In this document: piece by piece, positions 9,843 through 20,768 of the stretch
Layout: the number at the start of each line of letters is the position of its first letter
How positions within the stretch are numbered: position 1 is the stretch's first letter
Assembly (NCBI GenBank): GCA_038888155.1
Contig: JAWAJB010000002.1
Span: 64,001 to 128,000 of the forward strand
Reading direction: 5' to 3'
Origin: Desulfurococcaceae archaeon
GTDB lineage: Archaea; Thermoproteota; Thermoprotei_A; Sulfolobales; Desulfurococcaceae
Length of the DNA: 64,000 nt
Program-made: the position numbers and the translations under genes
Notes under the pieces: model-generated
What the model saw: the letters and a program-made list of their open reading frames with translations, nothing else
Database searches by the model: none
Told to the model about the DNA's origin: nothing

Positions 9843-11468
9843 CTATATTTCTCGAGGTAGATAGTTCTCGAGAATGTATTCGGGCTTATCCCTGACTGTC
9901 CTCATTGCCCTTGGAATATAATTCAATAGCGCATCAGCTGTTATGCCGTCTTCTCCTATATCAATAGCAGCAAGATCGCCAGCAAGTCCGTGGACAAGTA
10001 CGCCCATTCTAGTTGCTTCACCTAACTCTCTTAGCCCCATTCCATAAAGAGCAGCTATAATGCCGTTAAGGATGTCCCCAGTCCCCGCTTTAGCCATGCC
10101 TGGATTGCCAGTCATGTTTATATATATGCATCCGCTCGGATATCCTATAAGAGAATGTGCTCCTTTCAGGACAATAAATGCGTTTAAGTCGCGAGAAGCT
10201 CTACGTATATAACATATGGGGTCCTCAAAGATATTTTCAGTAGGTTCATTAATCAACCTTGAGAACTCAGCTGGATGGGGCGTAAGCACTGTAGGTAAAC
10301 GCCTCTTTTTCAGTGTCTCTAAGTTCTTTGAAATTGCAGTAATGCCGTCTCCATCTATTATAACTGGCTTATCAATGGATTCTGCGAGGACTCTCATGAG
10401 CTCTAGAGTTTCCTCGTTCGTTGATACGCCAGGTCCAAGGACAACTATGTCAACGCTGTGCTCATTTATTAAATTAACTATTTTCTCGTAATTGCTAATT
10501 GCTAAAGTACCCTGGTCAGTTTCATCCATGGGGTGGTAAACTACTTGGCTGCACTTAGATGCGAGCACCGGAACAATACTTTTAGGAGTTGCCAGCCTCG
10601 AGTAGCCTCCGCCTGTTACTAGAAAGGAGTACGAAGTATAGTACGGGGCTCCGTAGTAGTAACTAGCTCCTGCAACAGATAGTAGTTTTCCAAACGTGCC
10701 CTTGTGTCCCCACTTAACGCGCTCTGGTAGAGAAATTGGACAGTTGATCTGCACTCTAATGTCGCTTGAGTCCCACAATTCAGGCGGATACGAGAGCCTA
10801 GAGACGTATAACTTACCACAGTATTGGTACCCTGGATAGAGGAGGTTCCCGTATTTCGGCATCCCAAAGGTTACTGTGTAATTTGATCGCACGGCAACTC
10901 CTCGAACTCTTCCATTATTACCATCTATACCTGATGGAATATCTACGCTTACCACTAACTTGCCAGAGCTATTAATTAACTCTATTACGTCCTTGTACAG
11001 CCCTGATACCTCCCCCCTCAATCCAATGCCTATTAGGCCAACTACGACAAGATCGCTCTTGCTAATGTAGCTTGAAAGCATCTCTAGGTCTTCTCTCCCT
11101 TTAACTACTTTTACGCTCAGTCCCAATCTTAGAACTATATCATACATTGTCTTGGCAGGTCCCCTATATTTTCCAGGATCACCTACTATGAATACATCAA
11201 CGCTAGAACCAGCCGCATAGATCCTCCTCGCCACTACGAGAGCATCTCCGCCGTTGTTGCCAGTCCCCGCTAGAACTAAGAATTTTTTCCCATGTATCCC
11301 CACTTCCTTTACTATCATATTGTAAACAGCTGATCCGGCGTCTTCCATCAGTATTAGATGATCAACCCCGAGCGAAGGTGCCAATTCATCAATTTTCTTG
11401 ATTTCGTCTACACTACAAGCTTTAATCTTACAGTTAAGCAAAACGGACCCCGTACCATGATAATTCAC
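9843..11468 (-). CDS. nnr: Bifunctional NAD(P)H-hydrate epimerase/dehydratase
   Basis: YjeF-N motifs GTGNNGGD, DIPSG; YjeF-C motifs HKGTFG, LGPG, LTPHPAEF, GTGDIL. Confidence 0.93.
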   Translation of the reverse strand: MNYHGTGSVLLNCKIKACSVDEIKKIDELAPSLGVDHLILMEDAGSAVYNMIVKEVGIHGKKFLVLAGTGNNGGDALVVARRIYAAGSSVDVFIVGDPGKYRGPAKTMYDIVLRLGLSVKVVKGREDLEMLSSYISKSDLVVVGLIGIGLRGEVSGLYKDVIELINSSGKLVVSVDIPSGIDGNNGRVRGVAVRSNYTVTFGMPKYGNLLYPGYQYCGKLYVSRLSYPPELWDSSDIRVQINCPISLPERVKWGHKGTFGKLLSVAGASYYYGAPYYTSYSFLVTGGGYSRLATPKSIVPVLASKCSQVVYHPMDETDQGTLAISNYEKIVNLINEHSVDIVVLGPGVSTNEETLELMRVLAESIDKPVIIDGDGITAISKNLETLKKRRLPTVLTPHPAEFSRLINEPTENIFEDPICYIRRASRDLNAFIVLKGAHSLIGYPSGCIYINMTGNPGMAKAGTGDILNGIIAALYGMGLRELGEATRMGVLVHGLAGDLAAIDIGEDGITADALLNYIPRAMRTVRDKPEYILENYLPREI

Positions 11469-11560
11469 AGGCTAGTAAAAATCTTTAATTTCAATTAAGC
11501 TAGATGGTGCACTCTTATTTACCTTCATTTCCATCAAGGTAGACTTGTAAGGCGGTTAAA

Positions 11561-13054
11561 ATGCTCTTCCAGAACCCAACTATTAAGGAGATCTTAGAGA
11601 GATACCGCGCTATATGGAGTATAGATCATGCTCTGTCCTTGATGGGCTGGGATGCTGAAACATACATGCCGACTGAGGGGATTAAGGACAGAGCGTTGGC
11701 CCGAGCAGATTTAGCCCTTATACAACAAAGCCTCATCCTCAAACAGGAATTCTTAGAGCTAGTGGCTAAAGCCGATAAAATAGAAGATCTCAACGACTAT
11801 GAAAGAGGAACATTGAGGGTCTTAAATAGGATGATCAAGTTGGCAAAATCTTTACCCCCCTCGCTCGTTGCTGAGAGAGCAAAGATTACAGCCGAAGCTG
11901 TCATCGTATGGCGTGAAGCAAGGGCTAAGAACGACTTTGACATGTTTAGACCGTATCTCGAGAGGATCTTTGAAATATCTAAGAAAATTGCAGACTGTTT
12001 AACTTGGGAGAAGCATCCGTATGATGCACTGCTAGACCTATACGAAGAAGGTATAAAAACGGAGGACGTCAACGCGGTACTGGGCTCTTTACGCAATGAA
12101 CTTAAGTGGATTGTTCAAAAAGTGCTCTCTGAGGTTAGGTATCCCAGAGAACACCCATTAGAACGCACTAGGTATGATCCGTCTAAAATGCAAGATGTGA
12201 ACTTGAAGATCTTAGAGGCCTTGGGGTATCCTCAGGGAGTTAGGGGCAGATTAGACATATCAGCTCATCCGTTTACTGTAGATATGGGTATAAACGATGT
12301 GAGGATAACAACTAGGTACGAGGGCTTTGACTTCAAGAGATCAATGTTCTCCGTAGTTCACGAGTTCGGGCATGCTCTTTACAACCTCCAATTAGATCCG
12401 GCAATTTCGTATACCCCATTAGCTAGCGGTGTCAGTCTGGGTGTACACGAGGGACAGAGTAGATTTTGGGAAAACATTATTGGTAGAAGCATTGAGTTTG
12501 CCGAATTCGTTTACCAAATACTCAGAGAGAGCTTAGAGTTCGTATCTCGTTACAGCCCTGAGGATTTGTACTATTACTTTAACACAGTTAAGCCGAGCTT
12601 GATTCGAGTTGACGCAGATGAAGTAACTTACAACATTCACATAATAATTAGAACAGAACTAGAGAAGCTTATACTTGGGGGCGAAGTGAAAGTCTCAGAC
12701 CTCCCAGAGCTCTGGAGTACCTACATGGAAGAGTTGCTCGGCGTAAAGCCAAGCAGTCACGCAGAAGGGGTACTACAGGATATTCACTGGAGTCAGGGTA
12801 GCATTGGCTATTTCCCCACTTATACCCTCGGGAACATAGTGGCCGCTTCTATTAGAGATAACATCGCGAGGGACCTTAATCTAGGTGAAAGCGTCTTAAA
12901 TGGGAACTATAAAGTAATTCGCGAGTGGTTGAGAGAAAAGATACATAAGTATGGAGCAACCTATCCCCCAAAGGTTTTATTACAAAAAGCCCTTGGAGTA
13001 GGATATGAACCAGAAAACTTCATTAAATATATCATGAGTAAATACTTGGCGTAA
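11561..13054 (+). CDS. M32 family carboxypeptidase (carboxypeptidase Taq/Pfu type)
   Basis: HPF, DVRITTRY, HEFGH, HEGQS, IRVDADE, QDIHW, GYFPTYTLG. Confidence 0.95.
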   Translation: MLFQNPTIKEILERYRAIWSIDHALSLMGWDAETYMPTEGIKDRALARADLALIQQSLILKQEFLELVAKADKIEDLNDYERGTLRVLNRMIKLAKSLPPSLVAERAKITAEAVIVWREARAKNDFDMFRPYLERIFEISKKIADCLTWEKHPYDALLDLYEEGIKTEDVNAVLGSLRNELKWIVQKVLSEVRYPREHPLERTRYDPSKMQDVNLKILEALGYPQGVRGRLDISAHPFTVDMGINDVRITTRYEGFDFKRSMFSVVHEFGHALYNLQLDPAISYTPLASGVSLGVHEGQSRFWENIIGRSIEFAEFVYQILRESLEFVSRYSPEDLYYYFNTVKPSLIRVDADEVTYNIHIIIRTELEKLILGGEVKVSDLPELWSTYMEELLGVKPSSHAEGVLQDIHWSQGSIGYFPTYTLGNIVAASIRDNIARDLNLGESVLNGNYKVIREWLREKIHKYGATYPPKVLLQKALGVGYEPENFIKYIMSKYLA

Positions 13055-13165
13055 ATCTAAGAGCCCATTATATGTAATTCATTTTTTGGCAAAGAAGTCT
13101 TTCGCTGTATTGCCCGAGGAACTACGTTAAAGCTTAAAAACTTATAAAATATAACAACTATCCCG

Positions 13166-13534
13166 GTGGTTCTGTTGGCGTGCTTTATCACACCGTTAAT
13201 TGCTGGGGCTGTTGTGGGGTTTATAAGTAAGTTTTGGAAAAAAGCAGACAAATTAAAGCTATATGTACTGGCGTACTTGCTGTTAGGAGGCTCGCTCGTA
13301 CTAGCTGTAGAACACGCATGGCATGGTGAAATAAGTCCCTACCCACCATTTTTAACTGCTATGAGGACACCCGAAGAAATGCCAGTAGTTCTAAACGAGA
13401 TTACCAATCTAGGAGGATCTATGACTCTTGCAGTTGTAGGCCTTTGGCTCGGCATATTAGCTACCTCGAAGAAATTGGAGATTAAAGCAAAAACCGCGAC
13501 GAGGATCTCAACTACACTCGAGCTAAAGGCATAA
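13166..13534 (+). CDS. Small membrane protein
   Basis: Three hydrophobic segments; EHAWHGEI..YPPFLTAM segment. Confidence 0.65.
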   Translation: MVLLACFITPLIAGAVVGFISKFWKKADKLKLYVLAYLLLGGSLVLAVEHAWHGEISPYPPFLTAMRTPEEMPVVLNEITNLGGSMTLAVVGLWLGILATSKKLEIKAKTATRISTTLELKA

Positions 13535-13545
13535 CGGCGAGCGAA

Positions 13546-13815
13546 ATGTGGTCAATAGCACTATTCGTACTTTCAATTATCTCGAGCGCGCTATGGTACA
13601 GGACAAGGTACACTAACAAATACAAGCTAAATATCCTTGCTTTAATATCTGGCGGCGCAACGCTTATGTTCTTCGTGGATGCAATATACACTTATCTCGA
13701 GGAAGGCACATTCATTGAGCTATCGCTGGATGCACTTACTTTAAGCTTGACTTTAGTGATATTCACAATAGCGCTGTGGATTATTGCGGCAATCCCTTGG
13801 AAGACAAGAAGGTAA
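13546..13815 (+). CDS. Small membrane protein, probably co-transcribed with the previous gene
   Basis: 89 aa, three TM segments, 11 bp after the upstream stop. Confidence 0.65.
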   Translation: MWSIALFVLSIISSALWYRTRYTNKYKLNILALISGGATLMFFVDAIYTYLEEGTFIELSLDALTLSLTLVIFTIALWIIAAIPWKTRR

Positions 13816-13900
13816 TCCTATAGGGCTGAATAACCATTTATTAGTTCTAATTGCAGAGTTTATTACTTATAAAACTAAAATAAATAATTATTTGGGATAG

Positions 13901-14359
13901 GTGCAATGTAAGTTGGGAATTTCCTATCCATATCTTGCAATACTATCAACCATAGCTTTTATTGTTGTTGTTACTAGTGTAACATTTCTCTACTTATATA
14001 TTATAGATCAGGCAAACAAAACACCAGTGCTTGGAGTCTACGCTGAGGCCTACTTAGATTCTCAGGATCATATAAATTTAGTTATCACAATAAGGCATGA
14101 GCGCGGTAGAGCTGTAGAGTTAAAGAAGGTAGTGTTGAATAGCGAGAACGGGACTTTAACTTTAACCGATTTCAGAGGCAACGAGAACATATCTTTAATT
14201 GGCTGCGCTGACGGGCTTATACCTACTGGAGGGGTGTGTAGACTGAGGTTAATTTTTCATGAAGGGTTCATGGAGAATACTACTTACAAGGGGGTAGTAT
14301 TTCTCACAGAGGGCACATATCCAATTGCCTTTACTCCCGTGAGATGGAATTTATCGTGA
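13901..14359 (+). CDS. Putative archaeal pilin-like protein (paralogue of 21548-22024)
   Basis: Short leader ending KLG, hydrophobic helix, beta-rich domain; next to pilus assembly genes. Confidence 0.55.
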   Translation: MQCKLGISYPYLAILSTIAFIVVVTSVTFLYLYIIDQANKTPVLGVYAEAYLDSQDHINLVITIRHERGRAVELKKVVLNSENGTLTLTDFRGNENISLIGCADGLIPTGGVCRLRLIFHEGFMENTTYKGVVFLTEGTYPIAFTPVRWNLS

Positions 14360-14456
14360 TTATCCTACTTCCTTTATGGTTTTAGCAGCCCACTTTTAGG
14401 TATATAAAGAAAGATAATTTTATGAAACAACATTGTAAATCATTAGAGGTGATGTA

Positions 14457-15134
14457 TTGAATAAATGGAAAACTAGAGTTTTCACTTGTCTGCGATGTGG
14501 TCGTTGTTGTTTCTTTGAAAAAACCGAGGATTGCCCAATAGTATTACCCTATGAGGCCCATTACTTGAAAGCGCTAGCCGAGCACATTGGCGTTGCAGGA
14601 CTTCAGTTTGAAGACATGGGGAATGGGTTTTATAGGTGGACAATCAACAGTTACTGCCCTTTCTACAGTAAAGCAGACAATGTCTGTAGGATAAATGAAG
14701 AAAAGCCACTCGCTTGCAAAATATTTCCGCTTCTTGTAAATACTACAACTTACGAGCTACTGGTCTCCTCGGCGTGTTCTTGGATTAAGGAGAACAAATG
14801 CCGACTTGCCGAATTCGCTAGAAACACGATGGGAACATTTCCCCTAGAGCTCAAGGCAGTAAGAGAGCTACTCTCCATAGTATTCGGGGCAAAGAATGGA
14901 GATGTAATATCAGCAATATTCACAGCCAAATCCACTGCTGATGCAATCAATATACTGGCAGACAAGTGCAAAGTCTTAAAGCTGAGAGAAAGCAACTACG
15001 TTAAGGGACTAGCCTTAATTATATTATCATGCTGCACTACTAAAAATATAGCAGATATACTGCAGTCCCTAGGCGAAAATTTAAAACCGCTTTACATAGG
15101 AGATCTACGCATAGGAAATATTGCCTCACAATAG
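14457..15134 (+). CDS. YkgJ family CxxCxxCC cysteine-cluster protein
   Basis: FTCLRCGRCC, CPFY, CRINEEKPLACKIFP; GAGGTGA SD before the TTG. Confidence 0.85.
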   Translation: MNKWKTRVFTCLRCGRCCFFEKTEDCPIVLPYEAHYLKALAEHIGVAGLQFEDMGNGFYRWTINSYCPFYSKADNVCRINEEKPLACKIFPLLVNTTTYELLVSSACSWIKENKCRLAEFARNTMGTFPLELKAVRELLSIVFGAKNGDVISAIFTAKSTADAINILADKCKVLKLRESNYVKGLALIILSCCTTKNIADILQSLGENLKPLYIGDLRIGNIASQ

Positions 15135-15309
15135 GGCTACAGATGCGAAAGGCCTTTTAGCATTCTAAGCCCCAAATTCAATAAAAGCACTTGGCTTAAT
15201 AACGAGGCAACGTTTGTATCTGTGAGCTCGATGAACGCTATATAACCTTATATAACCTTAATAAAATCCACATCGACTATCTATTTTTAGGAGAGATAGG
15301 GTAGGTACT

Positions 15310-16758
15310 TTGTCTGTGAAAATTGACATTAAGCTGCGTATCTTGGAGAAGCCGGGGAGAATAGATAATTGCATTGATCAGTACACCATTCCCCGTGCAG
15401 GACCTGCACTCTATCAAGTTTGCATAGCCGATAATATCTACATTGTGTATGATCACATCCTAACCGATTCTAAATACGTAGAGGATATATTGAAATTAGA
15501 GGAAGAGCTCTACGACACTATTGTCGGTGAGACCCCCCTCGCTGAGAAAATTAGCAAGATAAATGATCCTAGGTTGAGACATATCGTCGAGCGACAATTC
15601 ACTGGATACGGCGTACTTGAACCGTTCCTTATGGATCCCGATGTGGTCAATGTACATGTTATGTCAAATAAACCAATACAGATCATACATAGGGTTTACG
15701 ACAGGCTACAGACCAGTATAGTTCCGACTATTGAGGAAGTCGAAGAACTGGCAATGAGGCTTGCTTCATCTGCTGGGAAGCCCCTCTCCGAAGCCCTTCC
15801 TCTGGTTAGCTTCATCGAGCCAAGGTACGAGGCAAGAGTTACAGTTGTCTACAGATCAGATGTTACAATGAGGCGCAACATAACAGTAGATGTTAGAAAA
15901 TTGCCCGAGAACCCATGGACTCTTCTTAAGCTCATTAATCTCGGCTCTTTGAGTATTGAGGAGGCAGCCTTTCTCTGGTTGATGGTGAAGTACAGGGTTC
16001 CAATAGTAATAGTAGGGGAACTATTGACCGGCAAGACAACTCTAGCAACGGCATTACTCGCATTAGTTCCACCGGGTTCAAGGGTCATGACGGCTGAGGA
16101 CACCCCGGAGTTCAGAATTCCTGTGACGTACTGGACCAGGACTACCACGCGTGAATTTGGAGAATATAAAGTGACTTATTTCGATCTATTGAAGACAGGT
16201 GTTAGGCTCTCTTTAGATTACATTATTGTAGGGGAGATAAGGGGAGAGGAGGCCCGCGAGTGGGCGCACTCAATACTCCTTGGACATGGTGCGATTACGA
16301 CATTCCACGCAGAGAGCCCAGAGTCCGCCTTACTGCGCCTAATTTCTCCACCTATATCTGTGGATCCTCAGGTAATCAAGTTTCTTAACGTGTTTGTTAA
16401 GACTAACGTAGTCGAAAGAGAAGTTGGCAAAAGGGTATATAGACACGAAGTTTACATTATAGAAGAGAATAGGTCAATACCACTCTTCATTTATGATCCA
16501 GAGTCCGATAAAATAATCAGGAACCCAGAGATAGAAAATCCAATTATTGCTTTTAAGTTCATTGATAGAATTATTTTAGCCCATAAAGTAACTAGGCCAA
16601 GACTTTATAGGGAGTACAAAGCCATGGAAGAGGTCATTAAGGAGACATACAGAGAGGCACATCAGATAGATCCTACATTAAATATCCCTACATTTAGCGA
16701 GATCCCCAAGATACTCTATGAAAAACTGGAGAGTAAATTGGGGGCATCAGCGCGTTAG
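15310..16758 (+). CDS. Type II/IV secretion/pilus assembly ATPase (TadA/CpaF/ArlI family)
   Basis: GYGVLEPFLMDPDV, Walker A GELLTGKTT, AEDTPEF, Walker B IIVGEIRG, His box GHGAITTFHA. Confidence 0.92.
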   Translation: MSVKIDIKLRILEKPGRIDNCIDQYTIPRAGPALYQVCIADNIYIVYDHILTDSKYVEDILKLEEELYDTIVGETPLAEKISKINDPRLRHIVERQFTGYGVLEPFLMDPDVVNVHVMSNKPIQIIHRVYDRLQTSIVPTIEEVEELAMRLASSAGKPLSEALPLVSFIEPRYEARVTVVYRSDVTMRRNITVDVRKLPENPWTLLKLINLGSLSIEEAAFLWLMVKYRVPIVIVGELLTGKTTLATALLALVPPGSRVMTAEDTPEFRIPVTYWTRTTTREFGEYKVTYFDLLKTGVRLSLDYIIVGEIRGEEAREWAHSILLGHGAITTFHAESPESALLRLISPPISVDPQVIKFLNVFVKTNVVEREVGKRVYRHEVYIIEENRSIPLFIYDPESDKIIRNPEIENPIIAFKFIDRIILAHKVTRPRLYREYKAMEEVIKETYREAHQIDPTLNIPTFSEIPKILYEKLESKLGASAR

Positions 16759-17050
16759 TTTAGTCTAAAAACAAAGTCAACCATGATTGAATTCTGGTAC
16801 CGGCTATTATTTATCATGTAGCTTGCGATAAAGCGTAAAACCAACGTTTAGGGTGCAGAGGGTTAATATGCTTACGGATTTATCAAACGAATTGCACTCA
16901 TCCCAGTAATTTCCTTTAAGCATATTTTCAATGTTATGTTTTCTCTTAAAGTAGGTATCACTAGTCTACGTTAATGTATATTTACTCGGTAAAGTAAAAT
17001 TATTAATCGAACCAGTTAACTTTGTTTTAACCTCAGTAATAGGTGTTAAA

Positions 17051-18859
17051 GTGTTGTTTAATAGGAGCCTCAATGAAATATGCACAGTGATACAAAGTAG
17101 GATCCCAGCCTTAGTAGGCTACATACTTTATATAGTGCTGATAGCCATCTTGGGGCTACATTATGCGCCTTTCTACGTTGTTCTAGTTATCTCTACGCCT
17201 TTTATTGTATTAGCTCTGCGTTTTGTCCAGGGGTACAGAAAAAAATCCCACGAGTTAATGATTAATAATTTACTTTACGCGGGTAGGGGTTTAAGCTCAA
17301 GGGGCATAGATAGGCTTTGTTCACTACTGCAATTCCTCCTTGCAACTACAATTCTAGCCATAGGCTTCGTAGCCTCGTACAGCACACTATTCGGATTCAG
17401 ACTAGATCATACCGTCGCTGTTTTGCTTCTAGGAGCTGCCACGTGGGCTATTTACTTTGCGCCTCAGCTACTTATAGGTTTCTGGGCATCTCAGAGAAAA
17501 GTAGAGATAGAAGCTGAGCTACCATATATCCTCATATTGTTTAGGGTAATGGCATCTCTTAGGCTACCTATATATGACATCTTTAATGTATTGGAAGAGA
17601 GCGTCGCACTGAAAGCCAGCTCCAAGGAGATGAAATTCGCTAGAAAGATTGCTACTCTGACATCGATGTCTTTTATTTCATCTGTAGACACGGTCTTTGG
17701 AAACCACCCATCGGAGAGAGTGAGAGAACTCCTTAGGAGAGTCGTACTTGCTGCTGTTTCCATGGGGGACATAAGAGAAGTCGTTGACAAGGTATTTGAT
17801 AATATCTACAATTGGTTTGAGGCAAAAGTCTCCGGGCTGTCCGAGAAGTTCACCATTATAGTTGGCTCGGCCCTGTTTGCATACATGTTTATACCCATAG
17901 TAGTAGCAGCCATTGCTCCTGTTATCAGTGGAAGCTTGATGAGCGCTTTAGTAGTTATTTTAAGCGTACAGATATTTATGTTCTTTCTGCTCTACGCTTT
18001 AATAACTAGTCTTTATCCCTCTAGCTTGGTAATAAAGGCACCAGCAAGATTATTTTATGCTTCAATATTGTCCTTCGCTCTTTCTTTCTCGATTGTGATC
18101 TATAATTTGTTCTCTTGTATAATTAACATACTCAGAATAGACGATTACATTGTGGCTTTAATGTTGCTTCTTTTGCTGTTACCCGCGCTAGTTCTATCTG
18201 AAGTCGAGTTAGCTCGCGTGAAGGTTTACGACAGCTTCGTGAGGATGGCCTCCGATGCACTATCGCTTGCTGCAACTACTGGTGAAAGCGCAACCTCTAC
18301 ACTAGATAGGTCATCTAGGAAGTACAATAAAGGAGTAACCATGCTGACTAGGAGAATTCTAGTGGGTTATACCTCAAGTGCTTTGAGGAAAGCGATCATT
18401 TCTCGGGCTCCTAGTTTATATTACTCATCGTTCCTAGATATATTAACTATCTCGCTTATTTATGGTTCAACACCAGATATGTTGAGGGCATTTTCTGCTA
18501 GCTTCGAAAAGCTGAACATCATAGTTAGTAGGGTTAAGGGCTTATCTAGGATGTTTGAGGCTATAATGATTGGGCTTTCTTCCATGATTGGGGGCTTCTT
18601 AGCGTACTTGGAGAATGTTTACAAGTATATTTACAGCTTAGTCCCACCCGTAGAGGGGGGATCGGTATTGGGTTTGCTCATATATGATCCCAAGATATAC
18701 AGCTTACTGAACGCAGTCTCTCTTCTGTCTATAATTTTCGTGTCGATGTTTGTAGGAAAAATTCGCGGCGGCTCGATTGTTTTTAGCTACAGGGCAATGG
18801 CATGCATGATTTTCGTCTACACCGCGTTCAGGTTTGTCTTCTCAAGGCTACTTATTTAG
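17051..18859 (+). CDS. Pilus membrane platform protein (TadC/ArlJ/GspF-like, two repeats)
   Basis: IEAELPYILILFRVMAS GspF-like segment, duplicated cytoplasmic+TM architecture, downstream of the ATPase. Confidence 0.75.
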   Translation: MLFNRSLNEICTVIQSRIPALVGYILYIVLIAILGLHYAPFYVVLVISTPFIVLALRFVQGYRKKSHELMINNLLYAGRGLSSRGIDRLCSLLQFLLATTILAIGFVASYSTLFGFRLDHTVAVLLLGAATWAIYFAPQLLIGFWASQRKVEIEAELPYILILFRVMASLRLPIYDIFNVLEESVALKASSKEMKFARKIATLTSMSFISSVDTVFGNHPSERVRELLRRVVLAAVSMGDIREVVDKVFDNIYNWFEAKVSGLSEKFTIIVGSALFAYMFIPIVVAAIAPVISGSLMSALVVILSVQIFMFFLLYALITSLYPSSLVIKAPARLFYASILSFALSFSIVIYNLFSCIINILRIDDYIVALMLLLLLLPALVLSEVELARVKVYDSFVRMASDALSLAATTGESATSTLDRSSRKYNKGVTMLTRRILVGYTSSALRKAIISRAPSLYYSSFLDILTISLIYGSTPDMLRAFSASFEKLNIIVSRVKGLSRMFEAIMIGLSSMIGGFLAYLENVYKYIYSLVPPVEGGSVLGLLIYDPKIYSLLNAVSLLSIIFVSMFVGKIRGGSIVFSYRAMACMIFVYTAFRFVFSRLLI

Positions 18860-20263
18860 GTTGCCCTCTTTCTCCAAGTGGACGCTCTCTTTAATTAAAT
18901 CTATAGACTCCGCTATGCACTCCATTATCTCCTCTTTCCTGATTATGCTTGGTTCCTCAAATCTCCTAGCTATTAGCACTCTGTAGTCTGTAGCATTGTC
19001 GTTGTAAATACGCACAGTTTTAAGAGTCAGATCAGCGATTGAAGATTCGGCATCGCAAGTTGATTGATCAACACAATTCCCTATTCTAACCACCCCTACG
19101 CCAATGGACTTCAAAAACATAACTTCTTTATACAACTCCTTGAGGTGCGACACTTTATCTTGACTGTTTATTATGTGAGTTCCATGAAAAATCACGATAT
19201 CCGGTTTAACAGCTTGGATAAGCTCGAGCTCCCTCATTGCTAACTCGTGAATACTGTAGGCAAATGGGTTTATTGCTTTAAAAACAACGCGTTTATCTAA
19301 TAGCTCGATAGAGGCTTCTTGGCTAATGCCGCCTGCTTTAAATAGATCAACTAAAATGTCCTTGAGCAGATAAGGGGGGGTAATGTAGCTTATAGTAAGG
19401 ATTTTGTAGTTGTATTTAACTGCAAGAGCAAGGAGGTAGACGAGGACTTCTCTACCAAAAATAGTCTCAGGCGGATAGAGTACATTCACCAGGAACTCTT
19501 TATGTAGGTGTCCTATCTTCTCTTTAAATACTCGACAAACGTGGTCTATACGTGGACTTTCCCTGGGTAGATCCTCAAGCTTGGGCAAATTGTATATTAC
19601 TATGCCTCGTTTCTCCACAATCGAAAAAGGCACTTCTGCCACGTCTAAAGGCGCTCCTCGAATTTTCCGCATTTCTAGCAATCTGATCAACCGACGGTCC
19701 TCTACTCTGTGCTTCAACAGAAATATAGCGTCGACAACGAACTCAGCAAAGCCGACGCTTAGCTTCTCTTCCCCAGAAGCGAGCTCAGATATAAGAATAA
19801 GGAGCCCATTAATTGTAGATGATAAGTTGTAAAAGTAGTTAAGAAGCCAAGCCCTCTTGGCGAAGTCCTCTATTATCCCATCAAGTAGAGCAGTTACAGA
19901 GTCTATAACAACGATGTCAAAACCCTCCGACAAAATTCTATTAATTGAATCTAGGATACCATCGACAGGAAGAGATAAGGGGAGCTTTATAAACTTAAGC
20001 TCTCCCTTTAATTCCACATCCCGTAATTGTATCCCCAGTCTCTCCATATAGGAGAAAAACTTGTCTTTATCTTCGTAGAATGTAATGTATAGGCACTTCT
20101 TTCCTTTAAGGGTATTGTGGTAACATATGGTAGATGCAAGGGTAGTCTTACCAGAACCTGGATGTCCCGCTATTAACATCGTGTAAGGTGCCCTCATCTC
20201 ACCAACTAATTTATCTAAACCTTCTATGCCCGTAAAGAAAACTTTTTTCTGTGTCAAAGGCAA
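18848..20263 (-). CDS. KaiC/RAD55-like ATPase with two RecA-type domains, the second degenerate
   Basis: TGIEGLD, GHPGSGKTT, VVIDS, EFVVDAI, RLLEMRKIRG; no Walker A in the C-terminal domain. Confidence 0.85.
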   Translation of the reverse strand: MPLTQKKVFFTGIEGLDKLVGEMRAPYTMLIAGHPGSGKTTLASTICYHNTLKGKKCLYITFYEDKDKFFSYMERLGIQLRDVELKGELKFIKLPLSLPVDGILDSINRILSEGFDIVVIDSVTALLDGIIEDFAKRAWLLNYFYNLSSTINGLLILISELASGEEKLSVGFAEFVVDAIFLLKHRVEDRRLIRLLEMRKIRGAPLDVAEVPFSIVEKRGIVIYNLPKLEDLPRESPRIDHVCRVFKEKIGHLHKEFLVNVLYPPETIFGREVLVYLLALAVKYNYKILTISYITPPYLLKDILVDLFKAGGISQEASIELLDKRVVFKAINPFAYSIHELAMRELELIQAVKPDIVIFHGTHIINSQDKVSHLKELYKEVMFLKSIGVGVVRIGNCVDQSTCDAESSIADLTLKTVRIYNDNATDYRVLIARRFEEPSIIRKEEIMECIAESIDLIKESVHLEKEGNLNK

Positions 20264-20345
20264 ACACCATTGATTAGTTCAAACGATCAAAACTGTCTTT
20301 TAAAATTTTGACAACAGCTTTAATACTTTATATACTTTTATTCTG

Positions 20346-20768
20346 TCACCCCGGTAGGGAGTCTTTGAGGGATTTCTTAATTAAGTCAGCAAAATCGCTG
20401 TCCCGTCCTGTTTTGACAAACTCTAGCAGCTGTTGCACTAGCTCGGGTTTTTTAAAGTACGCTGAAATGGGGCTTAGGAAAACTAGTGTAAATGCGTAAT
20501 CAGCAGACAACATGTCACCACGATAATGAGATAGGATAGTTAGGTATAGCTTGCTAGGAGATACGAGAAGCAAGCTTATGCAATCGGACCTATGCATTAC
20601 GTTACATAACATATTTAAAAAGTTCAGCATGCCCGGTATTTTCTTGGAGAGATATTCGTGCAAATATGTTTTGAGAGGCTCAAAACCATCAATGCTCATG
20701 TATCTCCACGTCTCGTCGAACAATTCTTCGAAAGGCATAAAATTCAAATAGGGAAAACCCATAAGCAA
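20346..20768 (-). CDS. Hypothetical helical protein upstream of the KaiC-like ATPase
   Basis: 140-aa ORF co-oriented with the KaiC-like gene; start uncertain. Confidence 0.55.
   Translation of the reverse strand: MLMGFPYLNFMPFEELFDETWRYMSIDGFEPLKTYLHEYLSKKIPGMLNFLNMLCNVMHRSDCISLLLVSPSKLYLTILSHYRGDMLSADYAFTLVFLSPISAYFKKPELVQQLLEFVKTGRDSDFADLIKKSLKDSLPG

Noticed and set aside
15241-15260. Direct repeat TATAACCTTA x2 upstream of the pilus ATPase
   Set aside because: Only two AT-rich copies in a promoter region; not a CRISPR and cannot be told from slippage
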